A stretch of DNA of 64,000 nucleotides from Azolla caroliniana (Eukaryota; Plantae; Polypodiophyta), in NCBI GenBank assembly GCA_043228905.1, contig JBHGNT010000007.1, positions 10,478,001 to 10,542,000 on the forward strand. The letters are read 5' to 3'. How positions within the stretch are numbered: position 1 is the first letter of the stretch; the number at the start of each line of letters is the position of its first letter. The translations under genes were made by a program, and so were the position numbers. Below, one piece after another: positions 25,127 to 39,932 of the stretch. Under the pieces are notes generated by a model, which had not been told where the DNA came from, made no database searches, and saw only the letters and a list, made by a program, of their open reading frames with translations.

Positions 25127-28100
25127 TGTAGGGAATGAACAAAGCCGTCAGTGCGGAAGAGATCACACAGTATGAATCTGTGAGAAGGTATACCCGCGTA
25201 TGAGAGAGGCAAGAACAAAATACGTACATGGAGAGAGAGAGAGAGAGGCACAAAGTATATATCTATATTCATAAAAGGGCAACAGTTACAACAATGAGCA
25301 ACCAACCTTTACAAAAGGTTACAAAGTCACTTTATATAGTGACTCACTTAGGGCAACTGCCCTTTATGTTATTTACAGAAATAGCCCGAACTTGGGCTCT
25401 CTAAGAGGATAGTGTGAATACGTCCATTATACATTTGTATTCCACACTCCCCCGTAATGGGCGTATACATGGGTTATCTACAAAAAGTACGGGTATAGGC
25501 ATAGGTTCTCGGACAGGTCGGTTTTGTTCGAATCGGCATGATCCGTAGACAGAAGACCAAACTGGTCGGGTCGGAAAAGCTGAAGCCGATCGTCAGTGAA
25601 CCGATGTCTGTTGTCCGAAACTGTCCTGCACTGTGTCCGGCTTCAACCAGACTGATATGTTGTTACGCCCATCTGTTGCCGAAGAGACCGGAACCAGTCT
25701 GCCGAAAGACACTTGATCATTCCATCTGCTACATTATCGGTTGTGGATATCTTCTCTAAACCGATTTTCCCGGAAATGACGCACTCCCGAACAAAGTGAT
25801 ATCGAACTTCGATATGCTTGGAGGCGTTGTGATGAACCGGATTTTTCGACAAAGCAATGGCACTCTGACTGTCGTTGTAGACAACTGGAGCCGAGTCGAA
25901 GTCGACTTGCCGAAATGTGTGCGCCAGCCGACCGAGCCATAAAGCTTCTTTCATTGCGTCGGAGGCAGCTACATATTCTGCTTCGGTCGTTGAGGTGGTT
26001 GTGCACTCCTGAAGTTTCGACTTCCACGAGATTGCTCCATTGCCGAATTTAAAGCAATATCCGGTTGTTGACTTGCGACTATCCACACAGCCGGCGAAGT
26101 CCGAGTCGGTGTAACCGACTACACCTGAAGTTGAGTTCGGACCGAAAAGGATGTCGTGGTCTTTTGTGCCAGCTAAATATCTGAACACATGCTTGACTGC
26201 GTTCCAGTGCGATCGGCCGGGATTGTGCATAAATCTGCTCATGACTCCTACGGCGTGAGAAATATCAGGCCGTGTCGCGACCATCGCGTACATTAGAGAG
26301 CCTATTGCCGATGCATACGGTACCAACTTCATATCTTCCCCCTCCAGACCGGATGTCGGGCAGTCTCACTGAGAAAGTCGAAGATGAATAGGGAGCGGGG
26401 TCGAAGCAGACTTGGTCGATTGCATGTTGAAGCGTTCCAAGACACGTCCGATGTAGTCGGTTTGAGACAGAAAAAGCTGTCTTTTGGCGCGATTCCGAGT
26501 ATGTATCTTGCCGGACGGAGGTCCTTCATGGCAAACTTCAATCGCAGTTTCCGAACGAGTTCGGTGAGCTCTCCGGTATGCCGACCGGAGAGTAACATGT
26601 CGTCCACGTAGATGATGAGGAAGATGGGAGAGCCGTCTTGAGCGGTTTTGGTGAAGAGGCAGTGGTCCTCATCGCTCTTGGAGAAGCCAACCGACTGGAT
26701 CAAATCGTCGAACTTCCTGTACCACTGTCGGGGTGCCTGTTTTAGGCCGTAAAGACTCTTCCTGAGTCGGCAGACTAGATGTTCCTGACCGGTGGCCACA
26801 AAGCCTTTCGGCTGCTCCATGTAGATTTCCTCCTTTAGATCATCGTGGAGGAATGCCGTTTTCACATCTAGCTGAATCAGCTCCAAATTGTCGGCAGCCA
26901 CAACACCGAGCATGAACCGAAGGGTTGTCATTTTCACCACTGGTGAAAAGATTTCGTCGAAGTCGACGCCATATTCCTGTTGAAATCCCTTCGCAACTAA
27001 TCTGGCCTTGTACTTTGGGATGGTCGAGTCGGACGTCTCCTTTAGTCTATAGACCCACTTGCAAGGAAGAGCACGTCGATTCTTCGGTAAGTCGACCATA
27101 TCCCAAGTCTTGTTGGCACAGATGGAGTGCATTTCCAACTCCATTGCCAGATGCCAGGTGGCTGAATCGGCAGCTGCCGATGCTTCTTCGTAGGACGTCG
27201 GTTCGCCGGTGTCGGTGAAGAAAATTCCGGGAGAGTACCTCTCCGGAGGTTGCGACAGTCTCTCGGATCTTCGAGGTATGACTGGACTGGTCGCATCGGG
27301 TGTCGATGTCGAATGGTCGAAAGCCGAGCCATTCGGTTGTGCCGAATCTGTGGATTCAGTGCGAGAGAGGTCGGTTACCCGTGAAACCGATCTCACGTTG
27401 TGTGTTGGGCCGTCATGAATGGTTGGCACTTCGGAAAATATTACCCTTCGAACTTCAATAGGCCTTTCAGCCGTTTTGTGCATAGTCGACTCGTTGAACA
27501 CGACGTGCGAACTTCGGATGATTTTCCTGTGCTCGGGGTCCCAGACTCGGTATCCGATCTCGCCGTCGGGTCCATACCCGAGGAAAACGCATTTCCTTGA
27601 TCTCGGTTTGAGTTTTCGGCGGTCGTCTTTCGGTATGAGGGCGTGTGCCTCGCAACCGAAAATCCTCAGCTTATCATAATTTGGCTTTCTGCCGGTCCAT
27701 ATTTCCTGAGGTATCTTAAGTCCTAGAGGTCTACTTGGCGACATATTGATTATGTGTACTGCAATGAGTAGAGCCTCTACCCAGAAGCCATCCAACAATC
27801 CGGAGTGTTGGAGCATGGATACAATGTGTTCTTGAATCGTCCGATTCATGCGTTCTGCGATTCCGTTCTGCTCCGGACTATATGGTGCCGTATATTCACG
27901 TCTAATGTCGCGTTCTCGGCAAAATTTGACGAATTCATCAGATTTGAACTCACCTCCATTGTCGGTTCGGAGACACTTCAGTTTCCGACCGGTCTGGTTT
28001 TCGACCATTGCGAGCCAATCTGAGAAGATCGAGAACACCCGATCTTTGGTTCTGATGGGGTAAGCCCACACCTTCCGAGTCGAGTCGTCAATGAAACTGA

Positions 28101-30680
28101 TGAAGTACGAGGCACCACCGAGTGACTGATGTGGCATCGGGCCACAGACGTCTGAGTGGACCAAATCGAGTGGGCTCGACTCTCTTGGTGCTGATGTCGG
28201 GTGTGATGCGGCTACCTGTTTGCCGTACTGGCAATGCTCGCAAAATTGATGGTCCGAGAAGGAGAGTTTCGGGATGTATCCGGCTCTGGATAGGTGCGTG
28301 ATGTCGGCCTTGCTGAGGTGTCCAAGTCGTCCATGCCATAAGGATGACACAGGGATATCTACCAGAAATAAGTCACCCTCTCTGAGTGTGAAATACAAAG
28401 GGTACAATGAGTGTACCTTTGGTCCTCTAGCAAGTAGGAGGTTCCCTCTGTGGAGTGTCCACCCTCCTGATGAGAAACCAGCACGGATGCCAGCTTCATC
28501 AAGTTGTCCAACTGAGATCAAGGGTCGTGAGAGCTTAGGAACGTGTCGGACGTTGTGTAGTACGAGTGTAGAGCCACCCGGAAGGTTGAGCTCTACGGTG
28601 CCGATTCCGATGATAGCACAGTGCTGCGAATTTCCAACCTGAACTGAGTCGGAGTGCCGGTCCGAATATTGCCGAAACAGTGATCGGTGAGGTGTCACGT
28701 GATACGACGCGCCCGAGTCCAGAAGCCATGTGCTCGATTCCTCAGTCGTAAGCAGAACTTCTGATTCAACTAGATTCTCTATGGACAATATGTTCGGGTC
28801 GGTCATCAATATCTCGGCTGAAGAGCCGACGTAGTTGACTTCCTCATGTCGATTACTCCTCTGATCAGCTCTCTGAGCTTTGTCTGTCCTTGACTTGAGT
28901 ACCCGACAGTCGGCCTTGATGTGTCCCGGTTACTTACAGTAGTTGTAGATTCGGGTTTCCCGAGACTTGCTGCGGCTTCGCTGATTTGTCGGTGGTCGGG
29001 AAGAGCTTCTTCCCCGGTTGTTCGATCAGTCGGTCGAACCTTGTACTACATAGGCTTCTTCTGCCGAGTCTTTGGTGAAAGACTTTCTCCGAGCTGCTTC
29101 AGTCAAGATTGCACTTGTGACTTCGGAGTACTTGATGGCAGTCGTAGAAGCGTTGCACACAGTTGTAACAAAGGTTTCCCAAGAGGAGGGGAGACTACTC
29201 ATGAGTATCATTGCTCTGAGTTCATCCTTGATTGTCGTCCCCTATGACGAGATTTGGGAGCTCAAACTTTCGTACTCGTTAAGGTGTGCCTGAACCGAAT
29301 CGGAGTCTTTCATCCGCAAGTTGTAGAGGCGCCGGATCAAATACATCTTTGTTGAGGCAACCTTCTTTTCGTAGGTTTCCGACAGCTTCTTCCAAAGTTC
29401 GAAGGTTGTCGTGCACGATTGCACTGTGAAGTACACTGACTCCAACAGGTGCATCCGAATCGTGGCGCGGACGATTCTGTCCAGCTTCTGCCACTCATTT
29501 GCCTTGTATATTTCTAGAGCAGTTTCATTCTCAATCAGATCGATCTGACCCTTGACTATAAGATAGTCCTGCATTTGCTCCTTCCAAAAATTGAAGTTCG
29601 AACCTTCGAACCTCCTTAGACTCATTTCCGATGAGCCGGATGTTGATGCCATCATATTCGGTTTTGGTTGACGAAGCTCGGTTCGGAGTTGACTACGAAC
29701 TTTGTTGGAGTGCAGCCGGTCGGCTCACCCGATATCATTCTAGTCGGATTTGAACCCGAGTCGGTTCGGTTTTGGATATATGTATTGTTGAACTTGCTCG
29801 AATTGACTCCGGTAGCTTGAGGGACATAACCGACTGGTCTCCCCGAATGTTGCCGAGTCGGAGTGAGCCCGGTTCGCTTCCGGATATATATGCCAAATAT
29901 CGTTTATTGAAACCGATTGTCTGGACCGATTCTGCTTCGGGTGACTGCAGCAACGAGAGAGATGGATCCAATTGATCCTCCCGAATGTCGATCAGCCGGA
30001 TGAAGCACGAATTGGGGTTGTTGTCTTGAGACCGATCTGCACCAAGTGGTTACAACGGGCGATGAGCAGCGTTCGGTGACCTGTTCGGATGCCGTTTAAC
30101 CGAGTGGAGCACGATCGTGTCAATGTTGCACAAGGGGATTTCACCTCGAGCGGTTACGATCACGAGGACCAGAGTACAGCCAGCTGGCTTACTCCAAGCG
30201 AAGATGATCTAACGCGATGAGATGCAAGCCTCGTTTTTCTTCTTCTCTCTTCTCTGTTTCTTCAAATACAAAACAGAAAAAAAAACAGGATGATGTGATC
30301 CAAAGATTCGAATGGCGGCCGGCAGCGGGATGAACGACATCCAAGCTCTGATACCAAATGTAGGGAATGAACAAAGCCGTCAGTGCGGAAGAGATCACAC
30401 AATATGAATCTGTGAGAAGGTATACCTACATATGAGAGAGGCAAGAACAAAATACGTACAGGGAGGGAGAGAGAGAGAGAGGCACAAAGCATATATCTAT
30501 ATTCATAAAAGGGCAACAGTTACAACAATGAGCAACCAACCTTTACAAAAGGTTACAAAGTCACTTTATATAGTGACTCACTTAGCGCAACTGCCCTTTA
30601 TGTTATTTACAGAAATAGCCCGAACTTGGGCTCTCTAAGAGGATAGTGTGAATACGTCCATTATACATTTGTATTCGACA
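25127..30680 (-). mobile_element. Structurally complete Ty1/copia element C (Tnt1/Tork-like), disrupted ORF, nested in the A2 RT
   Basis: LTRs 25127-25446 and 30359-30680 differ at several positions; TSD CTCCT at 25122-25126 and 30681-30685; PBS iMet 30345-30356; PPT (ctccccc on +) 25447-25453; gag from 29655, pol 28809-26329, RNase H 26332-25643. Confidence 0.95.
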
Positions 30681-32339
30681 CTCCTCCTGTATGTGGATGA
30701 TATGTTGATTGTCAGACAAGATCAAGGCAAGATTCGGACGTTGAAGAAGGCTTTGAACCAGACCTTCTCAATGAAAGACTTGGGGCCGGAAAGATAGATA
30801 TTGGGAATGCACATCATCCGGGACCGGTCGAAGAAGTTGTTGTGGCTGTCACAGGAGAAGTATGTGACAAAGGTGCTTCAACGGTTCAACATGTCGGAGG
30901 GGAAACCGGTCGGATCGACACTTCCGGCAGACTGCAAGCTATTCGGAAAACAAAGCCCGAAGACAAATGTAGAGAAGATGGATATGATGAAGATACCATA
31001 TGCCTTTGCCGTCGGGAGCTTGATGTACGCAATGGTATGTACCCAACCAGATATCGGATATGCAGTCGGAGTGGTGAGCCAGTTCATGAGCAATCCCCAA
31101 CTTGATGGATTCACAGATTCGGATATGTCATGTGATGCGGATACCAGCCGGTCTATATCCGAATATGTCATGACTTATGCAAGGGGAGTTGTATCATGGC
31201 AGTCGAGGCTGCAGAAGACGGTTGCGATGTCAACCACGGAGGTGGAGTACATGGCAGTTGTAGAAGCCGGCAAGGAGATAATCTGGATGAAGGACTTCAT
31301 CGGAGAGGTAGGGATCCAACAGGAGGAATACCGGCTCTACTGCAATAGTCAAAGCGACATCCACCTTGTAAAGAATGCGGCCTACCATTCCCGGACGAAA
31401 CATATCTAGCGCATGTACCACTGGATTCGGGAGAGAGTAGAAGATCAAGAGTTCGTGCTGACGAAGATCCACATGGAGGAGAACGGGTCGGACATGTTGA
31501 CCAAGGTCCTGACAACCAACAAGTTGGACGCGTGCCGAAAGCGGATCAGGCTGACAAGATATCCCATGTCGGAGTGAAGGGGGAGATTGTTGGGAAATCA
31601 GTCTCTCTGAATGGGATCAGGTGATGAATATAGAGGACCCGATGAGAACCAGAAGAGATCCAGAAACCGGAGGAGACCCGGTGAGAACTAGAAGAGAGAG
31701 CCGGTGAGAACCGAAAGAGAAGACATATCTGTAAATATGTTTTGAGTTAGCCTATTGAGGCTATATTTGTAAATAGCCCTAAGTTCATATAAGTATAAAT
31801 ATGAATTAGGGCAATCACTTTGGATGATGATCATTGTTGTGGTAACTGTTGTATAGAGAGCGACAGAGAGAGAGTGTGTGATAGAGAGATACTCTATTGT
31901 AACCACCGGTTGGCGAAGATACAGAGCTCGAGGTCATTGCCTCTGAGGCTCTGATTGTACATTTCTCCCATAGTAATAGTTGGAGTCTGTGGGCTCTCGT
32001 GGTTTTTCCCTATTTGGGTTTTCCACGTAAACATCCTGTGTACTTTCTTTGTGTACTCTTCATTTCCCATTTTTGTGTTTCATTCTCATAGAAGTGATTC
32101 AAGACTCGGTTGTGGTTGAGCAATATTCCGCACTATTTCTCAACATGACCCGAGAGACTCTTCGAAGATAATACACTTGTCATTCGGCAAGAACCTACAA
32201 TTCTACTAACTATTCTATTTTCTTAACTATTCTATTTTCCTACTTGGCAAAAATACTACTTTGGCTACTTCCTTTCACACTAGTCTTTCACACCTCCGAC
32301 TCCGACTAGCTTATTGGCATGTATACTTTGGCTAGCCTA

Positions 32340-34698
32340 CTAGTTAACACAATGTTTTACTGAGGTGGGGTGGGGGTAGTCGGTGATGGTAGCTACCTTA
32401 GAAGGGTCCACACAGATTCCGTTGCCAGAGATGATGAAGCCGAGAAAACAGAAGGTGGTGCTTCCCCATCGACACTTCTCCCATCGAAGTTGCAAGTTAT
32501 GCTTAATTATGTGAGCGAGCACTTCAACAAGAGTTTATAGATGGTCCTCCCAAGTGGCAATGTGGATAAGGATGTCGTCGAAATAAAAGAGGAGGACGCC
32601 TTTGCTTATGAGGGTGGTGAAGATGGAGTTGGCCATGCGTTGGAAAGTGTTGTCAGCATCAGACAAGCCGAATGACATGCGGGTGAACTAAAACAACCCG
32701 TGGAGTGTGAGGGATGCGGTTTTGTGGGTGTCATAAAGCTTTTGAGGACTATGCCAATATCCCAAGGCTAAGTCAAGTGAGGTGAAATAACGGGAGCCAC
32801 CTACTTGATCCAAGAGATCGTCCACGCGAGGGAGCGGGTAGAGGTCATGGATACTCACTTTGTTGAGAGACCTGAAGTCAATGCAGAAGCGGTTTTGGGT
32901 TTTGGGTTTTGGGTTTTGGTATGTTGTACTGAGAAAGAGACAATAGGAGCATGCATGGGTTGAAGGGCTAGTGGCAGAAAACAAGCTAGCAATTGGAGGA
33001 TGGAGATCAAACACTCTTGTGGACTGAGGGACACCTAGATTTGCCTAAGAGGGGGCTATTGTCTAGGAGGGGGATCGAGGGAGCTTGTGGGACAAGAAGT
33101 TGTTGGGCTGCGAAATCAAGCATAGCACGACACTTGATGAACCAATCACATCCTAAGGTGAGGGGGAAGAGTTGGTGGGGTTGGACATAAAAGTCGTATG
33201 AGAAGGTGAGACTGCCTAAGGAGACGGTGTAGCGAGCCTGCGTGCAAGAGTGATATCAATATTGGTGATTGCCAAAAAGGACTTGGATGGAGGGAGCGAT
33301 GGATGTGAGGAGGCCTAACTGGTAATGAAAGAGATACTACTACCAGCGTCTAACAAGATGGCATGGGTGGAGTGATTCATGTTGGCAAGAGCAGTGCATA
33401 CCATGGTTATCCATGCTTGTTGCTTTTGAGACTGTTGTTGCAATTTCTGGCAGTGACGTCATACGTGGCCATAATTGTTGCAGAAGAAGCACTTCAGGTG
33501 CCCTTGGGCATCACGATTGGGAAGGTTGTGGCGAGCTTGCAACTACACATTTTGGACATCAATGTCCATGGAGGCCGCTCCCTAGTACTGGGCTCGCAGG
33601 TTGGTCGATGGTGGATGGGGCCAACATGGTTGGGAGTCTGATAATGTGCAAGCTTCGATGCATTGAGCGATGAGGTTGAACGTCTTGGGACCTTGGTCCC
33701 AGGCACAACGGGTGATGTCATGGCACAAACAGGGCCATAAGAAGAAAATCTTAACATGATTGGGCATAGTAGGATAGTGCAAACCATGAGTTGATTTAAG
33801 TGAACACCAAATTGGCCTATTGATTCATGTGTTTGCTGTTGCAACGTCTCGAGTTGTTCCAGCACCATCTAGGCTGAATTTTGATGGGAAAATTTTTGCA
33901 CAAGGAGATCTCGAAGGATCACCCAGTTCTCTGTCACTTTGCTTGCTTACTATGCATACTAGGTGGCGGAGACATTTTCGAGGAGGTTGCGAACTTCCAA
34001 GGCTTTGCGCACGTCGGACCATTGGTGGTAACTAGAGATCATCTCAAAGTGGTCCAACCAAGCTAATATATCCTCAGAGGGCAAGCCGGAGAAGGACTTC
34101 GGGCGGACCTTGGAATCTAGCCGATCTTGAGACCATTTGCAGTTAGCAGAGAGGAAAGAGAGCATACCTTGATTCATGTGGCTGATTTGAAGCATGACAT
34201 TGGAGAGGAGTTGCAGGAGTTGCTCCATTTGGAAGGGGGGTGGCCACTCATGAGGTTGTGGGAACTCGGGCTACATAGGGGTATTGTCTTCGGAGGCAAC
34301 GAGAGGGGGTTGGGACGCCATGAACGTGGTGCACTAGCGGCTAAGATTTTACCCCGCTTCTCCACTAATATGTGAAATGCAAATAAAGAGAATCAAAACC
34401 AGCCTTCCTAGCTTCTTACTTGTTACTCAATTTATAGTAGATACAAAGGTACCCATTTGGGTTCGCTTAGCTACATGCATGCTAAAAGGGTGGCATAAAG
34501 GAACACACATACGCCACAACATGAAGACATGCACTTGCACAAAAGGGACACCACAATAACAACAATGATAACCTTGGGTAGAATTGGATCTAAAGGTTAT
34601 CATAAAGATAAGTTTGGGATAAGGTGCCTTTGTTGCAATTTGATTTCACAATCATTTGCATCATTCCCTACCCATATATTTACCAACACCTTGTTACA
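32340..34698 (-). mobile_element. Degenerate Ty3/gypsy relic: LTR remnant, tRNA-Ala-like PBS, gag, protease, RT
   Basis: RFCIDFRSLN..IHDLYPLPRVDDLLDQV..SRYFTSLDL..GYW and FLGFIIS..GI.VDP.KV; gag PKSFSG..EDI.AWL. accccgcttctccacta (34351-34367) resembles the tRNA-Ala 3' end. LTR starts 34371; its distal end is uncertain. Confidence 0.75.
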
Positions 34699-37600
34699 CC
34701 TAGATATTAACTAGTGCCCATTGCTCTTTTCATGGTGTTGTTGTATCTCGTTTGGCATATGACTTGGCATGCCCTTCTACAACCAAGATACATGTACCAT
34801 TGCTTTGCTTTTGCTCATTAGGTTTTCAACTAGTGATTGATATAAACTTTTAGAGAGAATTTTGGAGAATTTAGTCATTTTTTAGTCGGTTGATGATATG
34901 TGAAGAGGATGAATTGCTACACACTTACAAACCTTGATAAGAATGTTTCCATGTCATCAACTCTAAACAACTAAACTGTGAAAGTTAGCGTGTGATTGAC
35001 ACTAACTACGAGACAATGATTACCTAGTAGTCTAGGCTACTGCTAGGCTTCCGGCTCGCACTCGAATCCGACTCTCTGATCCGTCTCCCCAATCCGGCCG
35101 GTTGTATCCGGATACCGATCCAGCTCTTGTTTCCGGATACCAATCCGGCTCATCCTTCTGAATACCGATTCGGCTCTGGCTTATCCAGCTGATCCGGATC
35201 CGATTGAGCTTGCTCGCTCAACACTCCCCCTCAAGCTCAACTTAAGGTCGGATCGTGGTGTTAGTGTCTACAGTAGCTGTTCCTTTCCTCCAGCTCCTTC
35301 TAACATCCTCCCGCCTTTTTCGCGCTCCTCGTCCAGTCCGGTTCCGCTTCCCGCGACCCGTCCGGTACTACGCACCTTGACCTCCTTGGTCGGCTTGTTT
35401 GCTCAATAGGCCCATTTCAGCTCCTTCATTGTTATGACTCCGGCGCTTATCGATCCATCAGTTCCTCCGTGTCGGTGTCGACTTCCGTTGCCTTCTCGTC
35501 CGGTTGGCCTTTACTTGATCCGGCTTCTCCGAATCTTGAACCAAATCGGTTTCCTCCGATTCATTCTAGCTCTTGTCCGAATCTGTCGCTCCCGATTCGT
35601 TCCGTCTCTTGTCCGAGTCGGTGTTCTCCAACTCGTCTCCCGGTTTCAGGCCCTTCACCACATCAGACCATGTCCGAGTCTTGGCCTTCTCCTTCCGGTC
35701 GGCTCTGTCCTTCTTGACTCTACCTTTGTTGCCGCTCATTCCGACTTGTTCGGATGTGCCAACTTCCTTTGTCGACTCGGCCCCCTTTTTCCTTTGGTCC
35801 TTCCCTTTGTTGGTTCTTTCTTCCTCTCCGGCTCCTTGTCTGGTGCCATCCGTTCCCTTTGTCGACTCAACCCCCTTTTTCCTCTGGTTTCCCCCTTTGT
35901 TGGTTCTTTCTTCCTCGCCGGCTCCTAGTCTCGTGCCATCCATTCCCTTTCCTGTTCTCCCCCTCAAGTGCGGCATAACGAGATGTTGAATGCCAAGCAT
36001 CTCCGAGAAGTGCTTCAACTTGTCCAATCTGAGTGGCTTGGTGAAGATGTTGGCAACTTGCCGATCCGTGTGAACATACCGAAGTTCAACTTCACCGCTC
36101 AAAACCCGCTCACGAACAAAGTGATAATGCACTTCTATGTGCTTTGTTCGAGCATGGAATACAGGGTTCTTGGCGAGTTGTATGCTGCTCATGTTGTCAC
36201 AGTGGATCGGGATCAGGGTCAGCACCTAAGCCAGATGGCTTCACAAGTGGCAATGGTAGTGCCCCGGTACTCAGCCTCAGTGCTCGACAAAGCCACTGTT
36301 GGATACTTTTTGCTGCTCCACGCAACAGTCACGCTACCAAGAGAAAACATGTAACTGGAGATGGATCAGTGATCCGATGCATCACCAGCCCAATCGGCAT
36401 CGGAATATCCGACTAGCTTCCCAGTTATACCATGTCGGTATAACAGTCCTTGATCCTTCATGCCGCTAACATACCAGAGTATCTGGTGTGCGCACTGAAG
36501 GTGCTCGACGGTCGGCTTCTACATGAACTGGTTGATCACTTCGACCAGGTAACTGATGTCGGGTCAAGTGATTGTCAGGTATATGAGGCTTCCGACAATT
36601 TGTCGGAACCATTTCTCATCGCAGGCTGGTCCGAAGTCGTGACGTAGCTTCAGGTTCCAGTCCAGGGGTGTAGAGATTGGTCGGCATTCCATCATGCCGA
36701 ACTTGTGCAACATATTCAGCACATAATGGCGTTGTGAGAGCAATATGCCATCGGAAGTTCGGATCACCTCGATCCCAAGAAAATAATGAAGGTCCCCCAG
36801 GTCCTTCATTTCAAATGCGTCCAACAGTTGGGACTTCACTCGGCCGATTTCAATGAGTCTGGGTCCGGTGATGACTAAATCATCTGTATAAAGCAAAATG
36901 CAAAACGGACCGTTCGGACCATTCCGGATGAACAATGAACAGTCTAACGTAGAGGCCACAAACCCCATCTTACGCAACCGGTGCGTGATCTTTGCATTCC
37001 ACGCTCGAGGAGCTTGTTTCAGACCGTAAAGCGACTTCTTGAGTCGGCACACTATTAACTTGTTCATCTCCGATTGGAAACCAGGGGGTTGGATCATACA
37101 AACCCATTCTTCAAGATCACCTTGAAGAAATGCATTCTTCATGTCCATTTGGTGAAGATGTCATCCCCTTGCCGCAGCAATCGCCAGTACCACCCGAACC
37201 GTCGTCATCTTCGCTACCGGAGCGAAGGTCTCGTCATAGTCGATTCCGTGGGTCTATGCATATCCCTTCACCACTAACCGGGCTTTGTACCAATTGACCA
37301 AACCGTCGGCATTGTACTTTACCTTGTACACCCAACTGCAACCGATCATTTTGCACTGTCGGGGTGGGTCAACCAGGTCCCATGTGTCGTTGGCATCTAG
37401 TGCCCGCATTTCTTCCTCCATAACAACACGCCAATTTGCATCTTTTGTTGCTTCTGCATAGCTCTCCGGCTCATGCACCTCTACCACCTTAGTCATGTAC
37501 GCATAGTGATGCGCCATGTACTCATTGTATCCGTACCTCTGGACGGGGTTCTTCTGGCAGATTGAGCGGCGTAACTTTCCGTTAGCCGGTTTGAGACCCT

Positions 37601-39932
37601 TCTTGGCCGGTTTGGACTTCCTTTCTAAAGATCCTCCTTCTTCCTTTCCGGGGTCAGGTCCGCTCCGATCCGACCCTTCACTACCGGTATTGTATTCCGG
37701 CATCTTCTTCTTCCCCTTCTCTTTACGAGTGAACCGTCTCCGCGGTTCTTTGCGCGAGGAGAGCACAGCAAAGTCTCCACTACTCGTCGGTTCTTCATCC
37801 GACTGGTCATCCCGACTCAGCCGCTCATTCGGTCCACTTAGCCGAAATGAGATCAAACTCTCTTCTAGAGTGCCGAAGTCTTCATCTTCTTCTTGGACCT
37901 CCTCGGGCTCACTAGCCTCATTTTCCGGAATCAGGCCTTCGTCGAGAGTTGGAGTCGGTAGGGTGTACCATGATGTCGACTCATCAAACTCGACATCTCG
38001 ACTTACTCATACCTATTTAGTTTGGGGGTTATAACAATTATACCCCTTCTGCTCATGCGAGTAACCGACTAGGATGCATTTCTCCGACTTCGGATCTAGC
38101 TTCTTCCGCTTCTCATCCGGTACATGCACATATGCTATGCTACCGAATATCCGAAGGTGTCTCAAATTCGGTTTCTGTCGGAAATACAGCTCATGTGATG
38201 ACACCTTGTCTCCGATCCGGTTTTGGATGTAGACGGCCGTCCGAACCACCTCAGCCCAATAGAATTGGGGCTTGCTTTTCTCCTCCAACATTGCCCTTGC
38301 CGCGTCGACAATCGACCGGTTCTTCCTTTCGTCCACACCATTTTGCTCCGGTGTGTATCTGCAGCTGAATTCTCTCTTAATTCCGTTATGCTGCAGATAA
38401 CTATTGAATTGGCTGAAAAAGTATTCTTTTCCGCCATCCGACCGTAGGCACTTGATCTTCCTCTCCATTTCCAATTCAAATAACCTTTGAAGGTTTCGGA
38501 AACATTCAAAGACTTCGCTCTTCCTCTCAATGAGGTAGATCCATGTGTGTCGGCTGTAGTCATCGATGAAGGAGACGAAATACTGACTCCCGCCAAGACT
38601 AACGTTCTGTGTTGGTCCCCATACATCCGAATGGATTAGATCAAGCTTTTTACGGCTCCAGTTTCATTCGGTGGGGAATGGAAGCCGGTGTTGCTTCCCG
38701 AGTTGGCAGGCTTCACATATTTGAACCTTCCAGCCACTGAATTTCGGCAATCCAAACAAAACTTGTTTCAATTGCAGGTCTTGAAGCCTTCGGTAGTTGA
38801 CATGGCCGATCCGCTTATGCCAAAGATCAATGTCTGATTCAATCTTCTGTCCCTTGGCAAACATGGCGATGTCGACGTCATTAGTGTTGAGGATGAACAT
38901 CCTCCCATCTTTGCGCCCTTGCGCAATTTCCGGCCTTCTTCCCCGATGAAGCACCCGAGGTGTATAAACCGCACTTGCAATCCCAGGTCGACGATTTGTC
39001 CGACCGATACCAAGTTCTTTGTGATAGTCGAAACGTGTAGTACGTTCATCAGCTTCCCCTTTTGTCCGACATGGCTTAAAGGGACTTCTCCGACATGCAC
39101 AATCAGGTGAGGGGTGTCGTCTCCGGTTTCGACAATCCCCGATTGTTCCGCTTTTTCCAAAAAGGAGAACCACTCTTCATGGCTCATCATGTGGTTGGAC
39201 GCTCCGGAATCAACATAGCATACTTCCTCCGATTTGGAAGTAGTCTTCTTCATCGAGTTAGCCTTGTGCTTCATCACGAAGGTTGGCCCTTTACCGGTCT
39301 TCCCGGTTCTGGATCCTTCCGACCCTTCTACGTAGTGCAAGCTTTGTCGGTTTTCACGGCTTTGCCAAATCCAAATTTGTCCGAATCGGCGTGCGTCTTC
39401 CGGCACTCGCTTTCCCTATGGCCCTTTTTGTCACAAAACCAACATTCCGTCTCGGCTTTTCCTTGCCGAATTCCAGCGCTGCTTTGACTCCCCCTGCTTG
39501 TGGAGGGTCCAGAACTGCTGTCGGCACTACCTCTGTGCCTTCGGTCCTACTCTTGTCGGTCGCCTCCATTGCGTGCCGACCCACCTCATCCACCACGTCC
39601 ATGGGGCCGATCTGTCTCTGTATACAACATTCGGTCGTCCAATTGAGCAGTCCTGGTCCCACTCGCGTGTTTTTCTTCGATCATCAGCATTGATTGCAAG
39701 TCAAAGAAGGACGGTGGCTTCTCCCAGGTGCAGATCGTTGTCCAGATTGGCCCATACCTTTGCGCTAGACCACCGAGGCAAATTTGTACCACCTCGTCTT
39801 CGTCCACTGTCACGTTGATGGACCCGAGTGCGTTGTCGTAGTGTCTTTTGTACACTACGTGAAAAACGTATATAGTATTAGATTCAATAAAAAATGAAGA
39901 AATAGAAGAAAATAGCAAAATAAATGGAACAT

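Larger units (their letters stand above)
22233..32145 (+). mobile_element. Tnt1/Tork-like copia A2 (5' end lost), degenerate; hosts element C; 3' LTR 31588-32145
   Basis: ORF fragments closely similar to A1 (22255-25126, 30686-31577). PPT gaagggggagat before tgttggg; LTR ends ctcaaca. Confidence 0.9.

Noticed and set aside
32891-32920. (TTTTGGG)n telomere-like tract in the gypsy pol
   Set aside because: Only 3-4 units and not TTTAGGG; local slippage is simpler than telomere healing.
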